A DNA stretch of 59,617 bases from a virus (Duplodnaviria; Caudoviricetes): the IMG/VR virus record IMGVR_UViG_3300032285_001005, positions 1 through 59,617 of that record. One strand, 5' to 3'. Positions 9,395 to 19,495 of this stretch are shown here, one piece after another. The position numbers were made by a program, and so were the translations under genes. How positions within the stretch are numbered: the stretch's first letter is position 1; each line of letters starts with the position of its first letter. The notes under the pieces are model-generated. The model worked only from the letters and a program-made list of their open reading frames with translations. It was not told the origin of the DNA and did no database searches.

Positions 9395-9862
9395 TCAGTC
9401 GGCCCTTGGGCCGCCGAATGTGACACGAGATTGCCGATCAGGTTTAATGATTGGCATGACTGGATTATTCTCCCTCAACAGATCATTATCCACCGCAGCA
9501 AGCTGTTCACCAGCCTTACCTTGGTAATAAGCCGTGCGCTGACGCACGAGTTCTGTTGGAATACGCGCTAGAACGAGGCCACCTACCGAAATAACACCTG
9601 CGTGTTTACCATCTTGGATGGTCGGTAGATCGGTACGATCTGGGTATTCATCTGCGCGAACTAGTTCGAAGCCTTCGCGAAGGCGGGCGGAGAGGTTCTT
9701 CCGGTCGTCGTATCCATTGATTTCAGTACGAATCCAACGGTGTGTGTACCCCTCAGGTGGGGGCGGTGCGTCCAAAGTGGACGGGGGTTTCCAGACCAAA
9801 GGCCGGGAATTGTTAGTGCGACTATCTGTGGCACGTGCAGCAGGGCGACTCATGTTAGTCAA
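9395..9862 (-). CDS. Conserved head-module protein
   Basis: WKPPSTLDAPPPPEGYTHRWIR...GVISVGGLVLARIP. Confidence 0.75.
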   Translation of the reverse strand: MTNMSRPAARATDSRTNNSRPLVWKPPSTLDAPPPPEGYTHRWIRTEINGYDDRKNLSARLREGFELVRADEYPDRTDLPTIQDGKHAGVISVGGLVLARIPTELVRQRTAYYQGKAGEQLAAVDNDLLRENNPVMPIIKPDRQSRVTFGGPRAD

Positions 9863-10730
9863 TCCTATCTTGTACGAGCTTCAGTTGCCGTTTGTAGTCA
9901 TCATAGCTCACACCTAGCCGTTTCGCAATAGTCTTCTGCGTTTCGGTTAATTCGATGTTTCCAGATGACTTCTTGACCTGTGTAGGACGGCCTGAAGCTA
10001 CGGAGGAGGCGGGTTTCTTTGCAGCAGGTGCCGCAAACTTATTTGGGAACTCTTTCCGCATACGCGAATCCAATTCCTTATAATAATCATCGCCGGAGGC
10101 ATTGAACCCTTCGGATATGAGGTCTTCATGTATCTCATAGGCTACGGCAGTCATGCCGCGTTCTGCCCCAAACCAAGTGTTTCTCTCGGCCCATTCCTGT
10201 GCCTTGCGGTCAGGTTGTTGGCGTTGAACGGGTTGTGGCATGGGCCTTTCAGGAACTTCCTCCGCTTCCCGGCGATATTGCCGGTAGTTGCGAAGACGTT
10301 CGCGTTCAACAGCAAGTTGAGCCAGATGGGTCTGTACTTCGACCTGTTTATCTGTGTCACCGCTGTCAACAGCAAACTTGTACTGATCCTTGTACAGCCG
10401 CTCCTGTGTCTGAAGACGGGTTTCGGCTTCAGTCTCTAAGCTTTTGCTGAGAGTTGTTTCGCGCTTTTTAAGGGAATCAAGCTCTAACTTGACCGCACGA
10501 GCATATTCCAGAGCTTCTTGCTCACGGCGTTCTGCTTCACGGGTTTTATAAGTTAGCTTATTAATTCTCTTTTTAACGCCTTCGCTATAACTCGCGAGGT
10601 CGTCTTCTTCCCCTCCAGTAGAAGGTTTCTCTCCCTCTGAAGACGCATCAACCTCTTTTCCGGTGTCTCCACCTTCGGTTTCAGTCGTTTCACTTTCAGA
10701 AAGGCTCTCATCTTTGTCTTCTTCAAGCAT
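9855..10730 (-). CDS. Capsid scaffolding protein
   Basis: Acidic N-terminus, coiled coil, C-terminal LTETQKTIAKRLGVSYDDY. Confidence 0.7.
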   Translation of the reverse strand: MLEEDKDESLSESETTETEGGDTGKEVDASSEGEKPSTGGEEDDLASYSEGVKKRINKLTYKTREAERREQEALEYARAVKLELDSLKKRETTLSKSLETEAETRLQTQERLYKDQYKFAVDSGDTDKQVEVQTHLAQLAVERERLRNYRQYRREAEEVPERPMPQPVQRQQPDRKAQEWAERNTWFGAERGMTAVAYEIHEDLISEGFNASGDDYYKELDSRMRKEFPNKFAAPAAKKPASSVASGRPTQVKKSSGNIELTETQKTIAKRLGVSYDDYKRQLKLVQDRID

Positions 10731-10756
10731 GGTTCACTCCATGGAGCGCCGCGCAC

Positions 10757-11293
10757 TCATACGCTGAGAACGTCGGCGGGGTCTGCTATGGTGGCGATCA
10801 CCTCATCCTCATTGATAATGCGAACTTCTCCACCCTCAATCCTGAAACGCGCACCCGCATAACGACCAATCATCACCCAATCACCCTTTTTGCACCAAGG
10901 GCCAGTGGGGTAACGTGTCGTATCCGAGTAAGCTTCAGGTCCTACGGCCAGCACGTATCCGACCACCGTGGCAATTGAGTTGCGCTCAATCGTCTCGTCA
11001 GCCATCAAAATGCCACCCTTAGTCTTACCGCTGCCACGATATGGCAGGATTAAAAGCCGCCAGCCCGTGGGCTGTGGCATACGTGCAAGAGCCGATTCAG
11101 GAAGCTTGGTTGGGTCCATGACCCGCTCTTCTTCCTTGACGTAAGCCGCTGTAATATCAATAGGATTATTGTCTTCTTGGACTACAGGCTCTTCTTTTTT
11201 CTTTGAATTTGCCTTGATCTTTTCAAGGGCTTCTTTAGCGCGTTGCTTTTCAACAGCCGTGGCAACATGGTCAGGTAGTATTAAATTACTCAT
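10757..11293 (-). CDS. groES: Co-chaperonin GroES-like
   Basis: PTGWRLLI...KTKGGILM...VLAVGP...KKGDWVMIGRYAG...IINEDEVIA. Confidence 0.9.
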   Translation of the reverse strand: MSNLILPDHVATAVEKQRAKEALEKIKANSKKKEEPVVQEDNNPIDITAAYVKEEERVMDPTKLPESALARMPQPTGWRLLILPYRGSGKTKGGILMADETIERNSIATVVGYVLAVGPEAYSDTTRYPTGPWCKKGDWVMIGRYAGARFRIEGGEVRIINEDEVIATIADPADVLSV

Positions 11294-11483
11294 CGTTGAG
11301 TCCACTCTTTTTTAGCAGAGAGATAATATGCTCTTCGACATTCACCCAAGCTTCGTATTGAGCGCGAAGCTTTTGGTAAGTGGCGAAGTCAGGAACAGAA
11401 CCCTCTGTTATCTGTTCCCGAAGGACTTTTGTCCTATCTTTTATGTATTTAAGCGTGTTATCGGCAAAGTAAACACCGTCCAC
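11286..11483 (-). CDS. Hypothetical protein
   Basis: Helical 65-aa ORF before groES. Confidence 0.7.
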   Translation of the reverse strand: MDGVYFADNTLKYIKDRTKVLREQITEGSVPDFATYQKLRAQYEAWVNVEEHIISLLKKSGLNDE

Positions 11484-11507
11484 GAATATATTCCTTTCCG
11501 TCCAGAG

Positions 11508-12005
11508 TTATTTAGGGTCCGTGTGTTTGTGGGCGGACCCAAAGTAATAAGATAGCACTAACATTAAGGCACCATCTAAGGTTCCCAGTACCCGTGCCAC
11601 CAATTCACGCATCGATGCGTCAATTACGCTATGTAATAAAAACCACTGCACCGATCCCCAAGCCACGACAATCACGACAGCCAAGATCCGTGGTGTCCAA
11701 TCATGAGTAGAAATAGCCATATTGCGGGCAGAATCACGGTCAGATGCAGCTATTTTCTCTAAATCAATGTCCAATGATTTCATCTGAACCTTGAAATCAG
11801 CATCAATCTTCTTCAATGCCGCCAGTTGATCACTGGTTGGGTTAGCCAAAGCTGTGGCAATATCCTCATCTGTTCCGTTCTCATGACCAAACAGGGCATT
11901 TGAAATAGCCTTGACTGCCAATCCTGCCACAGGGCCACCCATAGCCGTTGCAAGGGTGGGTGCAACCGAACCAATTAATGGTCCAAAAGTTTTTAAAAAG
12001 TCCAT
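11508..12005 (-). CDS. Putative holin (3TM type)
   Basis: VAPTLATAMGGP, DRDSAR, two C-terminal TM helices ending YYFGS. Confidence 0.6.
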   Translation of the reverse strand: MDFLKTFGPLIGSVAPTLATAMGGPVAGLAVKAISNALFGHENGTDEDIATALANPTSDQLAALKKIDADFKVQMKSLDIDLEKIAASDRDSARNMAISTHDWTPRILAVVIVVAWGSVQWFLLHSVIDASMRELVARVLGTLDGALMLVLSYYFGSAHKHTDPK

Positions 12006-12006
12006 G

Positions 12007-12471
12007 TCACGCCCTTACCATAAGTAAAATGCCGATAACGGCCATTCCAAACAACAACCCACCAACAATCGAAGACACAAAAATCAAATCTTTACGATTC
12101 TCTTCCTGCTCTTTAAGCTCCGCTGCTGCCTGACGTGCTGCTTCTTTACGCATCTCAATCACCTCGCGCTGAATAGCATCCCAAGCTGGTCTACCATATT
12201 GGCCGATAAACATATTCTTAACGTTCTGCTGCATCTCCAAGGCTTTTTGTTTAGCAGCATATACTTTAATTGCCTGAGCTTCGAACTCAGCCTGAGACTG
12301 AAACATCCCCTTTTTACGGGGAGATGAGGCCAAAGTAACAATCTGGCCCACCCTTCCGAAGAGATTGCTGACTTTTTCTGCCGTATCCATAACGTCTTGG
12401 CCCGCATCAACTGCGGACTTAATAGAGTTATAGATCGCCGTAGCGCCAGCAATAAGGGTAATCGGGTCCAC
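12007..12471 (-). CDS. Membrane-anchored coiled-coil protein
   Basis: MDPITLIAGA start; C-terminal TM helix. Confidence 0.7.
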   Translation of the reverse strand: MDPITLIAGATAIYNSIKSAVDAGQDVMDTAEKVSNLFGRVGQIVTLASSPRKKGMFQSQAEFEAQAIKVYAAKQKALEMQQNVKNMFIGQYGRPAWDAIQREVIEMRKEAARQAAAELKEQEENRKDLIFVSSIVGGLLFGMAVIGILLMVRA

Positions 12472-12711
12472 TTACTTACAGCCCCACCGTTTCCGAGCAG
12501 CTTTACCCCTCTCACCTGTCCAACTTTGCGATCTAGCGCAAAAAGACTTGTGACGGGGATTATCCGTGTCCTTCGTAGGAGCTTTCAAGTTGCTTCCCGT
12601 GGCACGGTTATATTTGGCACGGCCCTTCGCTGTCAGCCCGCTGCCTTCTTTGACAGAGAGCTTCTCGCCACGACCAACAGAAAGGTTTGGACCCTTCTTA
12701 CGCCCCGCCAT
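12472..12711 (-). CDS. Small basic conserved phage protein
   Basis: GLTAKGRAKYN...GSNLKAP...RHKSFCAR...RWGC. Confidence 0.75.
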   Translation of the reverse strand: MAGRKKGPNLSVGRGEKLSVKEGSGLTAKGRAKYNRATGSNLKAPTKDTDNPRHKSFCARSQSWTGERGKAARKRWGCK

Positions 12712-12902
12712 TAGCGGACCTTGAACATCTGGGAGCGCATCATCAGACCGAAGCCACGAGCCTGCATGTCACTCTTGGTAGGTGCGCCGGGAACAGCAAA
12801 TTCTTCCGTCTTCTTATACGGAACGTTGCCTTGGCTCTGAACGCTCATCGAGGTTTCAGCCGTAGGAGTAATGGTCTTATCGCGCTTGATTGGGTATGCC
12901 AT
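12711..12902 (-). CDS. Small protein with a C-terminal RGxG motif
   Basis: ARGFGLMMR; coupled to the next gene. Confidence 0.7.
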   Translation of the reverse strand: MAYPIKRDKTITPTAETSMSVQSQGNVPYKKTEEFAVPGAPTKSDMQARGFGLMMRSQMFKVR

Positions 12903-12913
12903 GTCAGAGGTCC

Positions 12914-14782
12914 TTATGAGTAAGCATTGCTTTTTGTAGCTACAGAACCACGTGGGATGTACTTCCTACGTTGGTAATCAATTCCTGTAGTATACACCGG
13001 ATTCTGCGAAGTTTCGAGTGCTGCCACAGTTTGGGGAGCAGGGGCAGGATATGAAGCCTGAGGAGCAGTTTCACCTTTATTCCCCCCACCACCGTAGCTA
13101 GGAGTAAAGGAGGAGGGTGGAGAAGACCGGAAACCGTTGTCTGACGATTTAGGTTTGAACAAGGAGGCAATACCTTCGCCAGCCGCTTTCAAGGGATCGC
13201 TAAACAAGGCTGTCCCAAGGTCCTTCGAGAAGAACTCAACTTGTGGGAATCCGTTAATCGTTGAAATCCGAGATTGGACCTGTGACAGATCCCCGCCTGT
13301 AAACTTCTCGGCATAAGACTCTGGTGTGTCACCTGACACAGAATTAGCAACATCCGGGTCATTTGGGAAGTTAGGGTTAGGTTGGTTGTACAACGCTTCC
13401 TTTGCCTTTGTATTGTCTACAAAAGGAAGGTTGCCCTTGGCCCAATCTAACGAACCCGTCGTCTCAGTTTTTGTTTCCGGGGCCGTATAAGCTACTTCTT
13501 CAGTGGCATCATTCATCGTGCCATTAGCTAATGCAGCATACTGGTCTTTAGGTGCGTAGCTTCCTGCTTCCATATTAGATGGAGTAGGGGTAGGTGCTTT
13601 CCCGCCATCCAAAATAGACTGAAGCGTGTCAGCAAAGTTCTTAGGCGCAGAAGCCGCTACTGTAGCAAGGTTGTTCACTGCCGAGCCTACGCCTGTGGCA
13701 AGGTTCTGAAGGCTTGCTACTAAAGTAGGGGAAGTAGCAGGAGTATTTTGATAGGCTTGAGTAATCTTGTCCGTAAACTGGCTGGCAGGGGCGTCTGGAT
13801 CTCCGCCATTGTTACGAATAGCCCGTATAGCCTTGTCTAAACTTCCGTTATACGCCTTAGAGAGAGCCTCCGCCGCCGGAGCATTGGGGTTATTAAGCAA
13901 CGCCGCTGCGCCTTTTTCGCCTTGGTTATACCCAAAGCCGATTTCCCCAGCCGTTGGCGCACGGCCTATGTCACGAGCCAAGTCCTTAGCAATATCCGAT
14001 TCATAAGAAGCCGCAGCACGAGCAACTGCGATAGGGTCGTTACGGAGATCGTAACCCGGACCTACAATGCCATATTGCCTGCCGACATCTTCAGACATCT
14101 GGAAAACGCCAGATGGGCCAGAACTTAATTTAAATGCCTTTGGATTCGTCCCATAAGTGCTTTCAACACCTATTGTTTTACCCAAAGTACCTTCAGGAAG
14201 GTTCATTTCCTTTTCTAAATCCGAAAAGTCAGAACCCGATGCCCCCTTCGCCGTGTAACCCGCAAAGCGAGCCTCATTAGACATAGGAAGACCGCCCTTT
14301 GGTCCAGAGAACGTGCCTTCCCTGTTAAGTGGGACATTCGTAATCGTAGGGGTAATCTGTCCGCCCATGATGACAGCACGGTTGCCCTGATCGTCTTTCC
14401 GAACATACGGGGCAGGAGTATTCATGCCTACAATCGTAGGTACGCCAAATGTCTGTGGCGTTGGATTGTACGAAGTAGGATATGACGTAGCAAGGTTCAA
14501 ACCCTGCGCTGCAAAGTAAGGAAGGCTTACCGGAGCAGGGGCCGCAGGTTGTGCAGGTTGTTGTACAGGTTGAGCCTGCTGCTGTGGCACAACGCGCTGA
14601 TCAAGAAGATTACCCGTCGAAGGATCATACGAACGACCTCTGGATTCGTTGGTATTATTCATACCGCCTTCGTTGCCAGCACCAGAATTACCCGTGTAGC
14701 CAGCCCCGCCGTAATCGTTTACCTTGGCTTCGCCGTACCCACCGTAATTACCCCAGCCGCCACTGTATCCTTCGTCAGACAT
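12914..14782 (-). CDS. Virion-associated lytic transglycosylase (SLT domain) in a low-complexity protein
   Basis: GVESTYG (catalytic Glu), GVFQM and GYNQG motifs. Confidence 0.75.
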   Translation of the reverse strand: MSDEGYSGGWGNYGGYGEAKVNDYGGAGYTGNSGAGNEGGMNNTNESRGRSYDPSTGNLLDQRVVPQQQAQPVQQPAQPAAPAPVSLPYFAAQGLNLATSYPTSYNPTPQTFGVPTIVGMNTPAPYVRKDDQGNRAVIMGGQITPTITNVPLNREGTFSGPKGGLPMSNEARFAGYTAKGASGSDFSDLEKEMNLPEGTLGKTIGVESTYGTNPKAFKLSSGPSGVFQMSEDVGRQYGIVGPGYDLRNDPIAVARAAASYESDIAKDLARDIGRAPTAGEIGFGYNQGEKGAAALLNNPNAPAAEALSKAYNGSLDKAIRAIRNNGGDPDAPASQFTDKITQAYQNTPATSPTLVASLQNLATGVGSAVNNLATVAASAPKNFADTLQSILDGGKAPTPTPSNMEAGSYAPKDQYAALANGTMNDATEEVAYTAPETKTETTGSLDWAKGNLPFVDNTKAKEALYNQPNPNFPNDPDVANSVSGDTPESYAEKFTGGDLSQVQSRISTINGFPQVEFFSKDLGTALFSDPLKAAGEGIASLFKPKSSDNGFRSSPPSSFTPSYGGGGNKGETAPQASYPAPAPQTVAALETSQNPVYTTGIDYQRRKYIPRGSVATKSNAYS

Positions 14783-14785
14783 ATC

Positions 14786-17170
14786 TTACCTCGCCTTAGT
14801 AGCGTTGACACGTTCCAGAGCTATGTTAGCCCTAAGCTGCGCCACATCTTCCATGGATTGAACCCGCTGGTGGTCCATCTGAGCCTTCTGCTGCATCTTC
14901 TGCGCGTCAAGACCTAACCGAGCCTGATCGATCTGACCCTTCTGCTGAAGCTCTTGAGCTTTCAACTGCAAGCCCTGCTGCTGAAGCTGGATCAAAGGAT
15001 CTGGGCCAGCAGGCGGAGGAGCAAGCTGCTGCATCAAACCAGCCATCATCTGAGCCTCTGCCTTGGCAACCTCAATCTCCATCTCATGTGCTTGAAGCTG
15101 GATATTGATACCTTGTTGTTGCATCTGCAAGACAACCTGCTGCTGTGCAGCCAAGGACAGATGTTCAAGGACATGGGACAACAAAACCCCATAAACCGCC
15201 GGAGATGTCTGGATCAAAGGCAGCTTAATGAACGTCAAATGCGTCTGGATATGGGCCAAATGATCTTGGTCCGGGAACACTTTTAAAGGATTACCCCCAG
15301 AAGGTATTGTCAACGACCTTGCATTCTCCAAAGCAGGGCTTTCAGGCATCGCTTGTGGAGGAGGGGGAAGAACGAGGTCGATGTCAGTGACACCGAGAGC
15401 CGAGTACATCCGTCGGTAAGCCTCGTACATATTGTGCATCTGAGGAGCTTGCTGGGCCATCTGCAATTGCTGCTGGGCCAGCGTAATCCGCTGCGTCATC
15501 GAGAAGATATTCGGGTCCGACACAGGTAAAATGTCTACTTTACCGTCAAAATCAGCCGCCTTAATGCTGGCTTCCGCCCCAGTTACCTCATAAGGGTACT
15601 CTGGAGGCAAATAATCAGCAAAAATGTCTGCAAGAAGCTTCAATTCCTGCATCTGAGCATTGTGCAACCGCTTGTGGACCGCTGACATCACGCGGCTGCC
15701 GCGTTCCAGCATCGCAATCGTCGTGCCAACAGGCATTTCGTTGTTGGAATCGCCCATTCCAAGGTCAGTCGTGCCAATAAACTTCTGGGCGGCGTCAATA
15801 CAGAAGCCAAGAAGCTGGAAAAGAGTCGCTGACGGCTCTTTATATGGCAAAGGCATCAGGCTGGAAGCGATATCGCCGCCCGGAACGTCAACATCACGCC
15901 ACTCACCGGGTTGAATCGGGGTTTGGTCCTCGACCCTTAGACCTTTGGCTTTAAAACCAGCCGGAAGGTTAGATAAAGTTCCAGCATCAATAAGCTGACG
16001 AAGAATAGCGGTAGATGTACGAGACAGATTACCAAGAAGATGAACGAGTCCAAAGCCGTAGAAGCCCATACCCGGCAAGAATTTGTAATGGACAAAGTAT
16101 TGTTTCTTGAGTTTCTTGGGATCATCTTCCCGATAATTCCTACGAATAGATAAAACAACCTGAGATTTTTTCTCATAGGTTACAATGTAAGGTAATTGGA
16201 GACCAGTTTCTTCACCGCTCTCGTCTTTATCTTCAAAACCTTCAATGTCCAAGTAGCAATGACATTCATGCAAGGTATATTCATTTACGTCAGCAGGTTC
16301 TTCTACACCACGAATACGGTCCATCCGTTCTTGGATGATGTCCGTATCACCTGTGACAGGCTTGCCAAGGTGAACATCGCGATAGAAACCGCTCAACTGA
16401 AGCTTGCGAAGTTCGTTAGGTGAGTACCGTAATACGTGTGTTACCCGCTCTGCGGTCAGAAGATCGCGAGCAGAATACGGAACAATGAGATCCTTAGGTA
16501 AAATGTATGGGCTAGTGCCTCTTTCAAGATAGCTATCATAGTACACCTTCTTAAATGCACTGCCGCCGTAACCAACATAGAAGAGCATCTGATCAAAATC
16601 AGGGTCGTACTCTTCCATGACCTGAGTGATCTGGTAGTTCATATACGTCTTGACACGGTTAGCCTGTGCTTCCTTTTCAGGAGTCACCTTCCCGATTATC
16701 ATGGTACGGACTGGACCACCTGCTGGCAGAAGCTCCTTGTAAGCCTGCGCTTGGAACTGTGTCACGGCCTCATTCAGGATTGGATGCGTGACACCCGTGG
16801 CACCGTCAAACGGTTCTGTACGTTCCTCGTACTCCATACCAAGAAGGACCATGCCCTTCTCGTACTGGTCTTTCCATTCTTCCCGGCCCGTGTCATCGTC
16901 CTCGATGTCGCTATCCAAGGCGTCAACGATCTTAAACAGGACGGCATCTTCCAAAAATTCGGCTAGATTGTCCCCGAACTCCGGCTCTTGGCCCGGTTCT
17001 ACGTCTGAAAACTCTTCTTCAGAAGCCTCTTCCGTTTCTACGGCTGAGTCCTCATTACCCCTTTCAGGCCCTGCTCCATTACCGCCATTACCCATGGCAT
17101 CATCGCGTTCACCATTCAAAGTTCCAGAATAAATGGAACTGTCGATGTTATTGTAAGGAGAATTAGCCAT
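14786..17170 (-). CDS. Portal protein
   Basis: 794 aa directly after TerL; HPILNEAVTQFQAQAYKELLP and GFYGFGLVHLLG. Confidence 0.9.
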   Translation of the reverse strand: MANSPYNNIDSSIYSGTLNGERDDAMGNGGNGAGPERGNEDSAVETEEASEEEFSDVEPGQEPEFGDNLAEFLEDAVLFKIVDALDSDIEDDDTGREEWKDQYEKGMVLLGMEYEERTEPFDGATGVTHPILNEAVTQFQAQAYKELLPAGGPVRTMIIGKVTPEKEAQANRVKTYMNYQITQVMEEYDPDFDQMLFYVGYGGSAFKKVYYDSYLERGTSPYILPKDLIVPYSARDLLTAERVTHVLRYSPNELRKLQLSGFYRDVHLGKPVTGDTDIIQERMDRIRGVEEPADVNEYTLHECHCYLDIEGFEDKDESGEETGLQLPYIVTYEKKSQVVLSIRRNYREDDPKKLKKQYFVHYKFLPGMGFYGFGLVHLLGNLSRTSTAILRQLIDAGTLSNLPAGFKAKGLRVEDQTPIQPGEWRDVDVPGGDIASSLMPLPYKEPSATLFQLLGFCIDAAQKFIGTTDLGMGDSNNEMPVGTTIAMLERGSRVMSAVHKRLHNAQMQELKLLADIFADYLPPEYPYEVTGAEASIKAADFDGKVDILPVSDPNIFSMTQRITLAQQQLQMAQQAPQMHNMYEAYRRMYSALGVTDIDLVLPPPPQAMPESPALENARSLTIPSGGNPLKVFPDQDHLAHIQTHLTFIKLPLIQTSPAVYGVLLSHVLEHLSLAAQQQVVLQMQQQGINIQLQAHEMEIEVAKAEAQMMAGLMQQLAPPPAGPDPLIQLQQQGLQLKAQELQQKGQIDQARLGLDAQKMQQKAQMDHQRVQSMEDVAQLRANIALERVNATKAR

Positions 17171-18633
17171 CAGTAGTAAACCCTTTTCCCGACCTTCTCT
17201 TCCCGCTCAATTACAAAGTCTTCGGGATGTGACAGGAATCCTCCCTGCCGAAACCGCATCAAAGCCTGTGTAGCCGCGTCACAGTGGTCATCATGTTCCC
17301 CGAACGGAAATGCCGCCATCTCTTCAATGACTTCTTCAGCCCACGCAGATTCAGGATACCACACAAGTCCTGCTTCAAACAATGGGGCAACGGAATTCAT
17401 TCTCACATGTTTATCATTTCCACGGCTCGGTGTAAAATTTACTACCGGAATGCCCGTGGTCCGAAGTTCTTGGGTCAAGGGCATCCCCGCCGCCTTGGCT
17501 TCGATCAATACCGTTTCTGGGTCCCAGTACTTGTATTCGTCGAACGCGATTCTCTTCAAGTCTGGGAATTCCCACCGCCCCTTCTTGGCATCCAGAAGGA
17601 TGACGTTAGGAGGACTTTCCTCTGTCGGATAGAATACCCCCCACGTCTGGATAGACGTAAAGTCCGAGGTCCGAGTTTTCAGGTACGCGGTATCGTAGCT
17701 CTGCATCACGTAATGCAGTCTTGGGATATCGGCCTTATTCCACTTCATCCACCATTCACGCTTAATAACTGCCGCCGTGTCAGAGGTTGGCTTTTGAAGA
17801 TACTGGGCGTTCCACTTACCAATACTGATCGAAGCCTTGATCTTTTCAAGTTCTTCAAGCTTCCAGTATTCCGGCCACAGTGGTTCGCCGTTATCAAATA
17901 TCGCAGGAAATTCAACGACTTCCCACTGGTCGGCCTTCGGATCACGGGCAGACTGACGCAACAGACGAGCGGTGAGATCGTTCTCACCCCACCGTGTCAT
18001 GACCAGAATAATCGCACCACCCGGTTGTAAACGCTGACGAGGGCCACCTTGATACCATTCCCACGCATTTTCCAGAGCAGTAGGTGAAAGAGCATCTTGC
18101 TCCGAATGCGGGTCATCGACAATGAACAAATCTGCACCACGACCTGCAATGTTGCCGCCCACACCAGAAGCGTAGTACTCACCACCATTGTCCGTCTCCC
18201 ACCGATACGCCGCCTTGCTATCGGATCTTAGCTTGACATCAAAGACCCCCTGATAGTCTTTAGTTTCCATCAGGTTCTTAACTTTACGACCAAAACGAAC
18301 AGACAGATCCGCCGTATGGGTTGCCTGCATGATCTTCAGGTCAGGACGCCGACCGATCATCCAAGCAGGGAAAAGGTAACTTGCAAACTCTGATTTAGTA
18401 TGCCGGGGTGGCATATTAATTATCAGGCGCTTGAGTTCTCCTTTTGCGACCCTTTCTAGCTTTTCTGCGACAATCCGATGGTGCCTACCTGCAATGAAGG
18501 ACGGCCACATCATCTTTACAAAGTCTAGAAAGTTCTCTTTTGCTTTGTCCCGCTTCTCTAAGCCTGCGGCTCTTTCCAGAAGTTGGGCGTACCGTTTAAG
18601 GGCTTCATCCGGGGCAAGTGTTTTAGTTGTCAA
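17170..18633 (-). CDS. terL: Terminase large subunit
   Basis: INMPPRHTKS Walker A, IVDDPH Walker B, nuclease SYDTA...HDDHCDA. Confidence 0.95.
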   Translation of the reverse strand: MTTKTLAPDEALKRYAQLLERAAGLEKRDKAKENFLDFVKMMWPSFIAGRHHRIVAEKLERVAKGELKRLIINMPPRHTKSEFASYLFPAWMIGRRPDLKIMQATHTADLSVRFGRKVKNLMETKDYQGVFDVKLRSDSKAAYRWETDNGGEYYASGVGGNIAGRGADLFIVDDPHSEQDALSPTALENAWEWYQGGPRQRLQPGGAIILVMTRWGENDLTARLLRQSARDPKADQWEVVEFPAIFDNGEPLWPEYWKLEELEKIKASISIGKWNAQYLQKPTSDTAAVIKREWWMKWNKADIPRLHYVMQSYDTAYLKTRTSDFTSIQTWGVFYPTEESPPNVILLDAKKGRWEFPDLKRIAFDEYKYWDPETVLIEAKAAGMPLTQELRTTGIPVVNFTPSRGNDKHVRMNSVAPLFEAGLVWYPESAWAEEVIEEMAAFPFGEHDDHCDAATQALMRFRQGGFLSHPEDFVIEREEKVGKRVYY

Positions 18634-18636
18634 AGG

Positions 18637-18918
18637 TTAGCTCTTCTTGTTCCAAGCGCGATTCTTAGATTGTGACATGACACGGAGGTTGGATCTCGCA
18701 TTGCTGCCACCAGAGCGAACGGGCTTGATGTGGTCGACATCTTTGCCGTCGCCCTTGCTTACAAGACCTGCTTTTGCAAGTTTTCTGCGAGCTTCATTTC
18801 GCATTCCGCGCTTCTTTATGTTATCAGGGGTAGCATTGTAGCCGCGATCCATCTTTTTGATCTGCGATGGAGTACGATGGGAGCTTGGGTCGCGCTTCTC
18901 TTGTTTCACGTGAAACAT
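18637..18918 (-). CDS. HNH endonuclease (terminase-associated)
   Basis: KGDGKDVDHIKP...GGSN...NLRV...NR; start moved to ATG 18918 (MFHVKQ). Confidence 0.8.
   Translation of the reverse strand: MFHVKQEKRDPSSHRTPSQIKKMDRGYNATPDNIKKRGMRNEARRKLAKAGLVSKGDGKDVDHIKPVRSGGSNARSNLRVMSQSKNRAWNKKS
18902..18917. promoter_or_regulatory. parS: parS site TGTTTCACGTGAAACA
   Basis: Perfect 16-bp palindrome equal to the bacterial chromosomal parS consensus. Confidence 0.8.
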
Positions 18919-18951
18919 CCCGTCCGGTAATAACTGTCGTTGCCGTGACAC

Positions 18952-18980
18952 AATATACAACGAAATAAGCCTTGCGGCAA
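18952..18980 (-). promoter_or_regulatory. Sigma70-like promoter TTGCCG-N17-TATATT for the HNH-terL operon
   Basis: Correct spacing; about 35 nt upstream of ATG 18918. Confidence 0.5.
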
Positions 18981-19003
18981 ACCACAAGGTCAGAGGTCAG
19001 AGT

Positions 19004-19495
19004 ATGGCTATATCACAACCATTGGATTTGTACGACGTAGCTCGGTTCTTTTCCAGAGTTGCTGTCAAGAAAGAACGTGAATGTTGGACGTACAATAAAT
19101 ACCTAAGCCCAAAAGGGTACGGGATGATCAAGATCGGTGATAAGAAATGGTACGCTCATCGGTTAAGCTACACATTCTTTAATGGACCTATCCCAGAAAA
19201 TTTGGTTGTCCGGCATAAGTGCGATAACAGGTGTTGTGTCAATCCCTATCATCTGGAGACAGGAACCCCTACCGATAACGTCATGGACAGAAATATTCGT
19301 GGCAGAACGGCACGGGGAAGTAAGAATGGTCGTGCGAAATTGTCCGAGGAACAAGTTATAGCCATCTTTAAGGACAAGAGACCATGTATTGTGATCTCTC
19401 AGGATTTCCCCGTCTGCCCGGATATGGTTAGCAGGATTAAGCGGGGAGTGGCTTGGGGGCATGTCACTGGTGCCACGCCCCCAAGAAATCTTTAG
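19004..19495 (+). CDS. HNH homing endonuclease (free-standing)
   Basis: ECW...GYG...AHRLSY...VRHKCDNRCCVNPYHLETGTPTDN plus C-terminal HTH-like region. Confidence 0.88.
   Translation: MAISQPLDLYDVARFFSRVAVKKERECWTYNKYLSPKGYGMIKIGDKKWYAHRLSYTFFNGPIPENLVVRHKCDNRCCVNPYHLETGTPTDNVMDRNIRGRTARGSKNGRAKLSEEQVIAIFKDKRPCIVISQDFPVCPDMVSRIKRGVAWGHVTGATPPRNL

Noticed and set aside
10757-11293. GroES without GroEL as a novelty
   Set aside because: Lone co-chaperonins are common in phage head modules
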